Shown here: positions 30,298-41,400 of the stretch, piece by piece | Numbering within the stretch: position 1 is the stretch's first letter | How the letters are laid out: every line of letters begins with the position of its first letter | DNA from: Oscillospiraceae bacterium | GTDB lineage: Bacteria > Bacillota > Clostridia > Oscillospirales > Oscillospiraceae | Assembly (NCBI GenBank): GCA_017398725.1 | Contig: JAFQFA010000013.1 | Span: 27,010-91,009 of the forward strand | Reading direction: 5' to 3' | DNA: 64,000 nucleotides | Notes under the pieces: generated by a model | What the model was told of the DNA's origin: nothing | The model's input: the letters and a program-made list of their open reading frames with translations, nothing else | Database searches by the model: none | Position numbers and translations under genes: made by a program

Positions 30298-31344
30298 TTA
30301 CTCGATGACGATTTTATCGGCAGATTCCACGATCTTACCGATCACATAAGCATCCTCACCGTTATCCTTGAGAACAGCAATCGCCTTTTCTACTTCCTCA
30401 GCAGGAACGACAATGCTCATGCCAACGCCCATGTTGTAGGTGTTGAACATATCCCGCTCAGGAATATTGCCGGTCTTGGCGATCAGATCGAAAATAGGCA
30501 GGACCTTAACAGCGCTGCGATCGATCACTGCGCCCAAGCCGTCGGGAATGCTGCGGGGAATATTCTCATAGAAACCGCCGCCGGTGATATGGCTGATACC
30601 CTTCACATCCACCTGCTCCAGCAAAGCCAGCACAGGCTTTACGTAGATCTTGGTAGGAGTCAGCAGTGCTTCGGCAGTGGTCTTTCCGCCAAGCTCCGCC
30701 TTGGGAACATACAATTCGGGATTGTTATTATCGATATCAAACACCTTGCGGCACAGGCTGAAGCCGTTGGAATGGATACCGGTGGACGGCAATGCAATCA
30801 CAACATCACCGGCCTTCATACGGGTATTGTCTAGAATCTTCTTCTTATCCACAATGCCAACAGCAAAGCCTGCCAGATCATACTCTTCCACAGGCATCAT
30901 ACCGGGATGCTCTGCAGTCTCACCACCGATCAGCGCAGCACCGGACTGAACACAGCCCTCTGCCACACCGCCAACGATTTCAGCGATCTTCTCGGGGATG
31001 TTCTTACCGCAGGCGATATAGTCAAGGAAGAACAAGGGCTTTGCGCCAACGCAGATAATATCGTTGACGCACATTGCTACTGCATCGATACCGATGGTAT
31101 CGTGCTTATCCATCAAAATAGCCAATTTGACTTTTGTGCCGCAACCATCGGTACCTGAAACAAGCACAGGCTCTTCCATGCCGGCAACAGGCAAACCAAA
31201 GCAGCCGCCGAAGCCGCCTACATCATCCAGACAGCCGGCATTACGGGTACGGGCCACATGCTTTTTCATCAATTCCACTGCACGGTAACCTGCGGTAATA
31301 TCCACACCGGCAGCGGCGTAACTGGCAGAATAGCTCTTTTCCAT
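30298..31344 (-). CDS. purM: AIR synthetase
   Basis: [36 protein letters not shown]. Confidence 0.98.
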   Translation of the reverse strand: MEKSYSASYAAAGVDITAGYRAVELMKKHVARTRNAGCLDDVGGFGGCFGLPVAGMEEPVLVSGTDGCGTKVKLAILMDKHDTIGIDAVAMCVNDIICVGAKPLFFLDYIACGKNIPEKIAEIVGGVAEGCVQSGAALIGGETAEHPGMMPVEEYDLAGFAVGIVDKKKILDNTRMKAGDVVIALPSTGIHSNGFSLCRKVFDIDNNNPELYVPKAELGGKTTAEALLTPTKIYVKPVLALLEQVDVKGISHITGGGFYENIPRSIPDGLGAVIDRSAVKVLPIFDLIAKTGNIPERDMFNTYNMGVGMSIVVPAEEVEKAIAVLKDNGEDAYVIGKIVESADKIVIE

Positions 31345-31359
31345 CACAATACTCCTTCA

Positions 31360-32781
31360 TTATTCTCTGCCGTTCCAGCAGTAAGTGCAAAGTTTGCAGG
31401 GTTCAATACCGATCGCTTTGATAACACCTTCTACAGTCTGGAAGCCAAGAGAATCAAACTTAAACTTCTCACAAATGGTTTTGCGCATCCGTCTGCCTCT
31501 TTCAGAGTTACCGTCGGCATACTCTTCCAGATATTTGAATCCTTCCTCCCCTTCCAGTTCCATAATTGTCTGGCGGGAGATCAGATCCATATCGCTGGTA
31601 GAACGGGAAAAGCTCAGATACTTACATCCAAACATGATCGGCGGGCAAGCAGAACGCATATGCACCGACTTTGCACCGTTATTGTAGAGGAACTCAACTG
31701 TCTCTCGCAGCTGCGTGCCGCGAACAATAGAGTCATCTACGAACAGTAAGTTTTTGTCCTTAATCAGCTCGTGGATGGCGATCTGCTTCATCTTGGCGAT
31801 CTTGCTCCGTTCCGCCTGCTTGGTCGCGGTAAAGCTTCTGGACCAAGTGGGCGTGTACTTGATAAATGCACGGGCAAACGGTTTTCCGGTCCGGTTTGCA
31901 TAGCCGATCGCATGAGGTGTGCCGGAATCGGGAACGCCGCCAACATAATCGATCTCCATAGAACGACCTTGCGCCAAATCACGTTCTGCGATCTCTGCAC
32001 CGTTTCTGTAGCGCATGGCTTCCACGTTGATGCCCTCGTAATTAGAAGTCGGATAACCGTAGTAACTCCAAAGAAATGCACACATTCGCATTTCTTTACC
32101 GGGCTCAACAAGCTGCGTCATGGAGTCTGCGGTCAGCTTAACTACTTCACCGGGGCCCAGTTCTTTCACATGTTCAAAGCCAAGCTTTGTATATGCAAAT
32201 TGTTCAAAGGACGCGCAATACCCATCTTCGTTCTTTCCGATCTGCACCGGAATCCGTCCCAGACGGTCTCTTGCAGCAATCAGCGAGCCTTTTTCCGTTA
32301 AAATAAGGATATTTGCTGTACCCTCAATCACACTCTGGGCAAATTGAATCCCTTCTTGAAAGCTGGATTTTTCTGCAATCAGCGCACCAATAAGCTCTGT
32401 GGTATTCACTTTACCGCCTGTCATTGCATTAAAATGGCCGCCGGTAGAAAGGTATTCCTTAATCAGCGCATCCGCATTATTCACAACACCAATGGTGGTA
32501 ATTGCGAATGTACCAAAACGGGAACGAACAAGCAAAGGCTGGGGATCACTGTCACTGATGCAGCCAATGGCAGAACTGCCTTTCATCTCATCGAAAACAT
32601 TCTCAAATTTCGTGCGGAACGGTGAATTTTCAATGTTGTGGATCTCTCGCTGCAGTCCCGCCTCGGGATCATATGCAGCCATCCCACCGCGGCGGGCACT
32701 CAAGTGAGAATGGTAGTCAGTGCCGAAGAACACATCCACCATGCAATCATGCTTGGATGCAATTCCAAAAAAACCACCCAT
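31360..32781 (-). CDS. purF: Amidophosphoribosyltransferase variant lacking the N-terminal catalytic Cys
   Basis: PRT motif FVDDSIVRGT, VPDSG, Fe-S Cys (CAF, CKY, CTYC); N-terminus MGGFFG instead of MCG(I/V)FG. Confidence 0.9.
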   Translation of the reverse strand: MGGFFGIASKHDCMVDVFFGTDYHSHLSARRGGMAAYDPEAGLQREIHNIENSPFRTKFENVFDEMKGSSAIGCISDSDPQPLLVRSRFGTFAITTIGVVNNADALIKEYLSTGGHFNAMTGGKVNTTELIGALIAEKSSFQEGIQFAQSVIEGTANILILTEKGSLIAARDRLGRIPVQIGKNEDGYCASFEQFAYTKLGFEHVKELGPGEVVKLTADSMTQLVEPGKEMRMCAFLWSYYGYPTSNYEGINVEAMRYRNGAEIAERDLAQGRSMEIDYVGGVPDSGTPHAIGYANRTGKPFARAFIKYTPTWSRSFTATKQAERSKIAKMKQIAIHELIKDKNLLFVDDSIVRGTQLRETVEFLYNNGAKSVHMRSACPPIMFGCKYLSFSRSTSDMDLISRQTIMELEGEEGFKYLEEYADGNSERGRRMRKTICEKFKFDSLGFQTVEGVIKAIGIEPCKLCTYCWNGRE

Positions 32782-32805
32782 GGTTAACTCCTTTAGTGAT
32801 AATAA

Positions 32806-33492
32806 TTAGGCAAAGAACAGCTTGTTCAGAGTCATCGGGTCAACATACTGACCGTCCTTGTAAACACGCATATTGCCGGAAGCGATCTCGTCAATGAGCA
32901 TCACCTTGCCGTCTGCATCGTAGCCGAACTCAAACTTGATATCATACATATCCAGACCCTTTTCCTTCAGATCGTCAGCAACGATCTTGGTAATAGCCTG
33001 TGTCATAGCCTTCAGATCATCATACTGCTCAGCAGTCATAACGCCCAAGTCAACCAGACCGTCCTTGGTAACCAGCGGATCGCCCTTCTCGTCATTTTTG
33101 AAGGTAGTCTCAACATAGGCAGGCAGATCCTGACCCTCGGTGCAGTAGTCAGAGTACCGGCGGAAGAAAGAACCAACAGCCTTGTAGCGGCAGATAACTT
33201 CCAGACCCTTACCGAACACCTTGCCGGGCAGAACTTCCATAGTGGTATTGGCAAGATCAGCGCTGACATAATGGGTCTTAATGCCGGCAGCATTGATCTT
33301 CTCAAAGAAGTAGATGGACATACGCAGGTTCACATCGCCGACACCCTCGATGGTCAGACCGACAGAATTCTCACCGGGATCGAACACGCCGTCCTTACCG
33401 GTGCAATCATCCTTAAACTTCAGCAGGTAGTTACCGTTCTCCAGCGCAAAAACGTCCTTGGTCTTACCGGTGTATACAAGTTTCTTTTCCAT
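32806..33492 (-). CDS. purC: SAICAR synthase
   Basis: [24 protein letters not shown]. Confidence 0.95.
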   Translation of the reverse strand: MEKKLVYTGKTKDVFALENGNYLLKFKDDCTGKDGVFDPGENSVGLTIEGVGDVNLRMSIYFFEKINAAGIKTHYVSADLANTTMEVLPGKVFGKGLEVICRYKAVGSFFRRYSDYCTEGQDLPAYVETTFKNDEKGDPLVTKDGLVDLGVMTAEQYDDLKAMTQAITKIVADDLKEKGLDMYDIKFEFGYDADGKVMLIDEIASGNMRVYKDGQYVDPMTLNKLFFA

Positions 33493-33536
33493 AATGATAA
33501 TCTCCTTAATATCGAATGTGGTCTGATGACCCGGGT

Positions 33537-34025
33537 TTACAGTTTTTCCATAACGGCTGCATCCTTTTCAAGGACCTTCGCCGCATCACTTGCGCGCTTA
33601 GCATCCAGCTTAGACGCCAGATCTCCATCGGAAACCGCCAAGATCTGCGCAGCCAGCAGTGCCGCGTTGGCGCCGCCGTTGATGGCAACGGTTGCCACCG
33701 GAATGCCGGTAGGCATCTGCACGGTAGAAAGCAGCGCATCCATACCGTCCAGCACGCTGGATTTGCAGGGAATACCGATTACAGGCAAGGTAGTATTCGC
33801 GGCAATGGCACCGGCCAGATGAGCAGCCATACCGGCTGCTGCAATCAATACGCCAAAACCATTTTCTCTGGCATTCAGCGCAAAATCACGAGCCTCAACC
33901 GGTGTTCGATGTGCAGAGTAAATATGAACCTCAAAAGGAATATCCAAGCTCTTAAGCATATCTGTAGCCTTTTGAATGATGGGCAAATCACTGTCGCTGC
34001 CCATAATGATACCAACTTTTTTCAT
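33537..34025 (-). CDS. purE: N5-CAIR mutase PurE
   Basis: [34 protein letters not shown]. Confidence 0.97.
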   Translation of the reverse strand: MKKVGIIMGSDSDLPIIQKATDMLKSLDIPFEVHIYSAHRTPVEARDFALNARENGFGVLIAAAGMAAHLAGAIAANTTLPVIGIPCKSSVLDGMDALLSTVQMPTGIPVATVAINGGANAALLAAQILAVSDGDLASKLDAKRASDAAKVLEKDAAVMEKL

Positions 34026-34044
34026 TTCTACCTCCTTATAAACT

Positions 34045-34169
34045 AAAAAAGAGCGCAATCAGCCCACAAAAAGCTAAATGCGCCCAGACGGTCGGCAAAC
34101 TGACGGCAATCCGTCAACGCTCCCTGTTTCCTAGTGGTGCTCCACAATTCCGTCAGTCGCAGAAAGCGG
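34045..34169 (-). ncRNA. ZMP/ZTP (pfl) riboswitch with intrinsic terminator (ON switch)
   Basis: Sense: CGCTTTCT-GCGACTGACGG-AATT-GTGG-AGCA-CCAC...AGGGAGCG-linker-GCCGACCGTCTGGGC; pseudoknot GACGG/CCGTC; terminator GGGCGCATTTAGC/GCTGATTGCGCTC-T6 overlaps P3. Confidence 0.87.
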
Positions 34170-34185
34170 TATTCAATACCTTATA

Positions 34186-34214
34186 ATTCTATCATGCCCA
34201 ATATATACTGTCAA
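34186..34214 (-). promoter_or_regulatory. sigmaA promoter of the pur operon
   Basis: TTGACA-17 nt-TAGAAT with TG extension. Confidence 0.85.
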
Positions 34215-34255
34215 GAAACATCCGGCACTTTTCAACATTTTTTACCTTTTAACCA

Positions 34256-34308
34256 CCCGTCCCCCGGCTGGATGAACGGTTTTTGTACATTCTCCAACCG
34301 GGGGGCGC
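34256..34308 (-). terminator. Probable terminator hairpin after pyrB
   Basis: CCCCCGGCTGGA...TCCAACCGGGGG stem; weak U tract. Confidence 0.55.
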
Positions 34309-34315
34309 AAATGGA

Positions 34316-35404
34316 TTAATTCTTTATCTTTTTTGCCTCGCAATAGATGCAGCGATAAACACCGTTTTCAGGACTTACGCATTTGAAAGTATGCACAATT
34401 TCCTGCTCGGTAGAGGTGATGCACCGAGGGTTATCGCAATGCAGTTCGTCGAAAACCACATCCACAGGCTCAGGCATCTGCCGGCCCTCAGCAGCTTCCT
34501 TCAGCAGCTTCATAATAAGCGCCATACGCACATACTTTGCGTTCAGGGCCTGACGGAAATAACCAGCACGAGGATCAGCATCCACCTTGACGCTGATCTC
34601 ATTGACGCGGGGCAGCGGATGCAGCACCAGCATTTTCTCCTTAGCCAGCTTCATCTTATCCACATCCAGCACATAGCTATCCTTCAGCCGCTCGTACTCA
34701 TCGAAGTTATCAAAGCGCTCCTGCTGAATACGAGTCATGTACAGAACATCAAGCTCAGGCATAGAGTCTTCCAGAGAAGTGGTCTCCACATAGTCCATGC
34801 CGTTCTTTTCCATCACTTCGTACTTAACGTACTTGGGCAGCGCAAGCTCCTCGGGAGAGATCAGAACGATCTTAACATTCTTATAACGAGCCAGTGCAGA
34901 AATCAAAGAATGTACGGTTCTTCCATATTTCAAATCGCCGCAGAAACCGACCGTCAGGTTCTCCAGTCGGCCCAACTCCCGGTAGATCGTCAAAAGGTCT
35001 GCCAGAGTCTGGGTGGGATGGCAGTGACCACCGTCACCGGCATTGATCACAGGAATAGACGCGCTGCGGGCCGCAACATAAGGCGCACCCTCTTTAGGAT
35101 GGCGCATTGCAATGATATCCGCATAGCAGCTGACCATCTTAGCAGTATCGTAAACACTTTCGCCCTTGGATGCAGAAGTGTTGCTGGCAGAATCAAAGCC
35201 CAGCACATTACCGCCCAACTCCATCATAGCTGCTGTAAAGCTCAAACGAGTACGGGTAGAAGGCTCAAAAAACAATGTGGCCAGCTTTTTGCCCTTACAA
35301 GCCTCAGAATACTTTTCAGGATTGGCAACGATATCACAAGCGGTATCTAACAGTTCGTTTACTTCCTCCACGGAAAAATCAGTAATATCGATCAGGCTTC
35401 TCAT
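34316..35404 (-). CDS. pyrB: Aspartate carbamoyltransferase fused to a PyrI C-terminal Zn-binding domain
   Basis: [27 protein letters not shown]; C-terminal CDNPRCIT...RCIYCE. Confidence 0.95.
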   Translation of the reverse strand: MRSLIDITDFSVEEVNELLDTACDIVANPEKYSEACKGKKLATLFFEPSTRTRLSFTAAMMELGGNVLGFDSASNTSASKGESVYDTAKMVSCYADIIAMRHPKEGAPYVAARSASIPVINAGDGGHCHPTQTLADLLTIYRELGRLENLTVGFCGDLKYGRTVHSLISALARYKNVKIVLISPEELALPKYVKYEVMEKNGMDYVETTSLEDSMPELDVLYMTRIQQERFDNFDEYERLKDSYVLDVDKMKLAKEKMLVLHPLPRVNEISVKVDADPRAGYFRQALNAKYVRMALIMKLLKEAAEGRQMPEPVDVVFDELHCDNPRCITSTEQEIVHTFKCVSPENGVYRCIYCEAKKIKN

Positions 35405-36057
35405 TATTTCGCACCATTCACTTTCAGGTAATTTTTAATTCTCTCCACATTCTCGAAGTTTGCAGGATCTTCCTCCAGATACTCAATAATGTCATATACA
35501 TCCACAACAGAGTATACAGGGAAGCCAAACTCTTCTTCAATCTCCTGCATAGCACCCTTTTCGCCTTGACCTTTTTCCTTCCGGTCAACCATCACAAAGG
35601 TAGCGGCGACCTTAACACCCTCCAGCTGGCTCAAAATAGCCATACTCTCACGGATGGCAGTACCGGCAGTGATCACATCTTCTACAATGACCACTTTTTC
35701 CCCAGCCTGCGGAACATAGCCAACGAACATGCCGCCTTCACCGTGATCCTTGATCTCCTTGCGGTTAAAGAAGAAAGGCACATCCAAGCCATTCTTTGCA
35801 AGTGCTACAGCGGCAGAAACAGCAATGGAAATACCCTTATAGGCAGGTCCATACAGAACTGCATTCTTCTTGCCAAGCTTCTCAAAATATGCCTTGGCAT
35901 AAAACTCACCCAACTTAGCGATTTCATCGCCGGTCTTGATCATGCCGGCATTCACAAAGTAAGGGATCTTACGACCGGACTTAGCGGTAAAATCACCGAA
36001 CTTCAACACGCCAGCCCCTTGCAGGAACTGGATAAACTCTCTTTTGTAACCTTCCAT
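35404..36057 (-). CDS. pyrE: Orotate phosphoribosyltransferase
   Basis: [32 protein letters not shown]. Confidence 0.97.
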   Translation of the reverse strand: MEGYKREFIQFLQGAGVLKFGDFTAKSGRKIPYFVNAGMIKTGDEIAKLGEFYAKAYFEKLGKKNAVLYGPAYKGISIAVSAAVALAKNGLDVPFFFNRKEIKDHGEGGMFVGYVPQAGEKVVIVEDVITAGTAIRESMAILSQLEGVKVAATFVMVDRKEKGQGEKGAMQEIEEEFGFPVYSVVDVYDIIEYLEEDPANFENVERIKNYLKVNGAK

Positions 36058-36069
36058 GATTTCCCCTCC

Positions 36070-36768
36070 TTAGTCAACAAATTCAGCAACGCACCGCTCA
36101 TAAGCCGCCACAGGATCAGCCGCAGCAGTAATGGGTCGGCCCACAACAATGTAATCAGAACCAATCAGTTTTGCCTGTGCAGGCGTCATCACCCGCTTCT
36201 GATCGCCCACATCACCGTCAGCAAAACGAACGCCGGGCGTGATGGTAAGGAAATCCTTGCCGCAGGTATCGTGCACCTTTCCGGCTTCCAGCGGAGAACA
36301 AACAATTCCGTCAAGTCCTGCATTTTTCGCAGTCTTTGCGTAGTGCATAACTACCTGATCGATGGGTTCTCTGATCAGGATGTCCCGCTCCATCGCTTCC
36401 TGATCGGTAGATGTCAGCTGGGTAACCGCGATCAACAGAGGACGGCTGCCGTCAGCACGGGTCAAACCCTCCAGCGCGCCCTGCATCATAGCAGTGGTGC
36501 CGGCTGCGTGCAAATTGGTAATATCCACATCCAGATTAGAAAGCACAGACATCGCCTTCTTAACGGTATTGGGAATATCGTGCAGCTTCAGGTCCAAGAA
36601 AATCTTATGGCCTCTTGCTTTGATCTGTTTGACAATTGCGGGACCTTCCGCATAGAAAAGCTCCATACCGATCTTTACAAAAGGCTTTCTGCCGGTAAAC
36701 TTATCCAAAAAAGCAAAGGTCTGCTCTGCGCTGGCAAAGTCGCAGGCTACAATTACATCCTTACCCAT
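36070..36768 (-). CDS. pyrF: OMP decarboxylase
   Basis: DLKLHDIPNT, TPGVR, DQKRVMTP, VVGRPI. Confidence 0.98.
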   Translation of the reverse strand: MGKDVIVACDFASAEQTFAFLDKFTGRKPFVKIGMELFYAEGPAIVKQIKARGHKIFLDLKLHDIPNTVKKAMSVLSNLDVDITNLHAAGTTAMMQGALEGLTRADGSRPLLIAVTQLTSTDQEAMERDILIREPIDQVVMHYAKTAKNAGLDGIVCSPLEAGKVHDTCGKDFLTITPGVRFADGDVGDQKRVMTPAQAKLIGSDYIVVGRPITAAADPVAAYERCVAEFVD

Positions 36769-37679
36769 TATTTTGCGCCTCCTATAATCTCACTCAATGT
36801 ATTAATCCCATAAGCATCCATCACTCTGGGAAGATCTGCAATAATATCGCGGCATGCGTAGGGGTTGATCAGATTGGCCGCACCTACTTCGACCGCAGTG
36901 GCACCGGCAAGCATCATTTCCACCACATCTTCAGCCGTGGTCACACCGCCCATACCGACAACGGGAACCTTGACAGCATTGGCAACCTGATAAACCATGC
37001 GAACCGCAACCGGAAAAATAGCACTACCGGAGAAACCACCCATTTTATTGGCTATGATCGGCTTCTTAGTGCGCAAATCAATTCGCATTCCCAGCATCGT
37101 ATTGATCAGGCTGATACCGTCAGCACCCGCATCCTCACAAGCCTTGGCAATAGAAACAATATCTGTCACATTGGGGCTAAGCTTGATCAGAAGCGGCTTT
37201 TTTGTCACTTTACGGACCGCTGCCGTCACCTCTGCTGCAGCTTTGGGATCCGTGCCGAAGCTCATGCCGCCACCGTGGACATTGGGGCAGCTGACATTGA
37301 CCTCCAACCAGCCTACCTGCTCTTCTTTATCAAGCTGTTCACAGGTATAGGCATAGTCTTCTACAGAAAAACCACTGACATTGGCCATAACCGGCTTGTG
37401 GAAACACTGCTTCAACTTCGGCAATTCCTGAGAAATAACATTCTCAACGCCGGGATTCTGAAGACCGACCGCATTAATCATGCCGGCGGTGCATTCCGCA
37501 ATCCGAGGCGTGGGATTACCGAATCTGGGATCTTTGGTCGTTCCCTTAAAAGAGAACGTTCCCAAGCAGTTAATATCGTAAAGTTCGGCATACTCATATC
37601 CGTAACCGAAAGTACCGGACGCGGGAATCACCGGATTATCCAATTCAATCCCGCACAGATTCACATTCAGTCTTCCCAC
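36768..37679 (-). CDS. pyrD: Dihydroorotate dehydrogenase B catalytic subunit
   Basis: ASGTFG, GNPTPR, NVSCPN, KLSPN; probable GTG start 37679 after AAGGAGG. Confidence 0.95.
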   Translation of the reverse strand: MGRLNVNLCGIELDNPVIPASGTFGYGYEYAELYDINCLGTFSFKGTTKDPRFGNPTPRIAECTAGMINAVGLQNPGVENVISQELPKLKQCFHKPVMANVSGFSVEDYAYTCEQLDKEEQVGWLEVNVSCPNVHGGGMSFGTDPKAAAEVTAAVRKVTKKPLLIKLSPNVTDIVSIAKACEDAGADGISLINTMLGMRIDLRTKKPIIANKMGGFSGSAIFPVAVRMVYQVANAVKVPVVGMGGVTTAEDVVEMMLAGATAVEVGAANLINPYACRDIIADLPRVMDAYGINTLSEIIGGAK

Positions 37680-38401
37680 AGGATCTCCTCCTTCCGCATC
37701 ACAGGACCTTCTTTGCAGATCCGCTTGTAGCCGGTAATAGTCTTGCAGGAACAGCCCATGCAGGCACCAAAGCCGCAACCCATGCGCTTCTCAAAACTCA
37801 TCTGTCCGGAGGTTACAGAGGTTTTGTACACAGCTTTGAGCATCGGTTCCGGGCCGCAGGTGTAGAAATAAGTATAGTCCATTGTCTTTAGCGCATCCGT
37901 GACAAAGCCCTTCATTCCGTAAGAGCCATCCACTGTGGTAACAGTAACCTCTGCGCCAAGCTTTTTAAACTCTTCCTCGTAAAAGACCTCACTTTTGGTA
38001 TTAAAGCCCAAAACAACGCGAACCTGTTTACCCTGACCGATCAATTCCCGGCAGAGCATATACATGGGAGGTACGCCAACGCCGCCGCCCAGCAAAACAG
38101 GCTTTTCACCGGAAACGGTAAGATCATAGCCATTGCCCAATCCGGTCAGGATGTCCAAAGTGCCACTTTTCATAGCAGCCATCTGTGCAGTACCCTTTCC
38201 AACCACCTTATAAATGATGGTCAACAGGTCACCCGACACATCGCAAACAGAAATCGGTCTGCGCAGGTACAGGCCATTTAAAAGAATATTGACAAACTGA
38301 CCGGGGGCGGTAATCGCGCCGGTATCTCCCCGCAGAACCATCTTATACACACTGTCTGTCAGCGGTCTATTCTCAACTATTTCAAAAAAACCTTGTTTCA
38401 T
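37667..38401 (-). CDS. pyrK: Dihydroorotate dehydrogenase electron transfer subunit
   Basis: RRPIS, GGGVGVPP, CGPEPM, CGFGACMGC...C 2Fe-2S motif. Confidence 0.96.
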   Translation of the reverse strand: MKQGFFEIVENRPLTDSVYKMVLRGDTGAITAPGQFVNILLNGLYLRRPISVCDVSGDLLTIIYKVVGKGTAQMAAMKSGTLDILTGLGNGYDLTVSGEKPVLLGGGVGVPPMYMLCRELIGQGKQVRVVLGFNTKSEVFYEEEFKKLGAEVTVTTVDGSYGMKGFVTDALKTMDYTYFYTCGPEPMLKAVYKTSVTSGQMSFEKRMGCGFGACMGCSCKTITGYKRICKEGPVMRKEEILWED

Positions 38402-38440
38402 GGGAATTCCTTTCATTGGGCGGGCAAGCCCGCCCATCAA

Positions 38441-41400
38441 TTAGGCATCAATGGTAGAAATGGTCAGTGTAGTCTCTTCCAGAACATCCAGAAGCACCTT
38501 CACTGTATCCATTGCAGTAAAGATGGTCACATTGTTCTCTGTGGCCAGCAGACGGATCTGGTGACCATCATTGGTGGAACCTTCATGACCGGGATCCCGG
38601 GTATTCAGCACATAAGCGATATGACCTTGGCGCAGTGCTTCGGGGATCTCTTCGCTGCCCTCGCTGATCTTGCGCAGGATGTGGGTACGGATACCGTTGC
38701 GCTTGAGGAACATAGCAGTACCCTCAGTTGCTTGGATATTGAAGCCCAAATTATAGAACCGACGGATCAAAGGCAGCGCCTCTTCCTTATCCTTATCGGC
38801 AATGGTCGCAAATACTGTACCGTAGTTCTGCAAATGCATACCGGATGCCTGCAGGGACTTATACAGCGCACGGTTGAGTTTGTCGTCATAACCGATTGCT
38901 TCACCGGTGGACTTCATTTCGGGAGACAGGTAAGCATCCAAGCCACGAAGCTTGTTGAAAGAGAACACGGGTGCTTTTACATACCAGCGCTTTTTCTCTT
39001 CAGGATAGATGTCAAACAGGCCCTGCTCCTTCAAGCTCTTGCCCAAAATAACCTCTGTAGCAATATCTGCCAAGCTATAGCCGGTAGCCTTAGAGAGGAA
39101 CGGAACAGTACGGGAGGAACGAGGATTCACCTCGATAATGAACACATTCTCGTCCTTATCCACAATAAACTGGATGTTGTAAAGGCCCACGATGCCAATA
39201 CCCAAGCCCAGCTTCTTAGCATACTGCAGAATAATGCCCTTGACCTTGTTGGAGATAGAGAAGGCAGGATACACGCTCATGGAGTCGCCGGAGTGGACAC
39301 CGGTGCGTTCCACAAGCTCCATGATACCGGGTACGAATACATTGATGCCGTCGCAGATGGCATCAACCTCCACCTCTTTACCCTGAATATACTTATCCAC
39401 AAGCACAGGCTTGTCCTCATCAATTTCTACAGCCGTCTTCAGGTAGTTGCGAAGCTGCGTTTCATTGGCAACGATCCGCATAGCGCGGCCACCCAGCACA
39501 AAGCTGGGACGAACCAGCACGGGATAACCGATCTCGGCGGCAGCCTTGATGCCGTCCTCGATCTTGGTGACAGCCTTGCCCTTAGGCTGCGGAATATTCA
39601 GTTCGCTCAATAGTTTTTCGAAGGCATCCCGGTTCTCTGCACGGTCAATGGCTGCGCAATCCGTGCCGATGATCTTCACGCCGCGATCATAAAGGGGCTG
39701 TGCCAGATTGATGGCAGTCTGTCCGCCCAGAGAGGCAATGACACCCTCAGGCTTCTCAAACTCGATAATGTTCATCACATCTTCCGGAGTAAGAGGCTCA
39801 AAATACAGCTTATCCGCTGTGGTATAGTCGGTGGAAACGGTTTCGGGGTTGTTGTTGATAATAATTGCCTCATATCCGGAGTTCTTAATGGTCATAACCG
39901 CATGAACGGTAGAATAGTCAAACTCCACGCCTTGACCGATACGGATCGGACCTGCGCCCAGCACAACGATTTTCTTCTTGTCTGTAAGGATAGATGCATT
40001 TTCATCAGAGTAGGAAGAGTAGAAATACGGGATATAGGCACCTGTATGGCAGGTATCCACCATCTTAAACGCAGGGAACAGATTATTTTCCTTACGGAAT
40101 TGGTATACATCCAGTTCGCTGCAATTCCAAAGCTTTGCCACATACTTATCACTGAAGCCCATTGTTTTAGCGGCCTTCAATGTGGTCAGATCCCGCACAT
40201 TTGCCTTCAGGGATTCCTCCATCTGCACGATCCGCAAAATGGATTCCAAGAAATACGGTGTGATCTGGGTAATGGTATAGATCCGATCCACAGAAACACC
40301 GCGAGCCAAAAGCTCGGAAATCGCAAAAATGTTATCGGAACGGAACTGTGTAATGTAGTTCTCCAGCTCCTCATTGGTCATATCATCAAACTTGGGAAGA
40401 TGCAGATGGTGTGCACCGATTTCCAAAGAGCGAATGCCCTTCAGCAACGCTTCTTCCAGATTAGAGCCGATACCCATGACCTCGCCGGTAGCCTTCATCT
40501 GAGTGCCCAGTGCGTTAGATGCGCCGGTAAACTTATCAAAGGGGAACCGGGGCAGCTTTGCGATCACATAATCCAGTTTGGGTTCAAATGCAGCATTGGT
40601 ATTTGCGATACAAATATCCTCCAAAGCCATGCCAACAGCAATCTTTGCAGTAACCCGGGCAATGGGATAACCGGAAGCCTTAGATGCCAGCGCAGAGGAA
40701 CGGGATACTCTGGGATTGACCTCGATCAGGTAGTATTCGCTGGTGTGGGGATTGAGTGCAAACTGCACGTTGCAACCGCCCTCGATCTTCAGTTCACGGA
40801 TCAGCTTAATGGCGGAATCATTGAGCATTTTCTCGTCTTCTTTGCTCAAGGTCATGATCGGCGCAACAACAATGGAGTCACCGGTGTGGACACCAACGGG
40901 GTCAATATTTTCCATACCGCAGATGGTGATTGCGTGATCATTGGTATCACGCATGACCTCAAACTCGATCTCCTTATAGCCGCGGACACTCTTTTCCACC
41001 AGAACCTGATGCACGGGAGAAAGCTTAAATGCATTCAAGCCAACTTCCACCAGTTCGTCCTCACTGTAGGCAAAACCGCCACCGGTACCGCCAAGTGTAA
41101 ATGCAGGACGCAGGACAACCGGATAGCCAATGCGTGCCGCTGCAGCCTTGGCCTCTTCGATAGAATAGGTGATTTCAGAAGGGATGGTGGGCTCACCGAT
41201 GGACTGACACAGCTCCTTGAACAGTTCTCTGTCCTCGGCGCGCTCTATGGACTCGCTGCTGGTGCCCAGCAGTTCCACATTGCACTCTTTCAAAACGCCT
41301 TTCTTTTCCAGCTGCATAGCCAAGTTCAGGCCGGTCTGGCCACCAATGCCGGGCAAAATGGCGTCCGGGCGTTCATAACGCAGGATCTTTGCCATGTACT

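Noticed and set aside
37680-37778. N-terminal extensions in the ORF track (pyrD; also metA, tyrS, rpsP, ylxM, IMPCH, NUDIX)
   Set aside because: RBS positions and homologous N-termini point to downstream starts.
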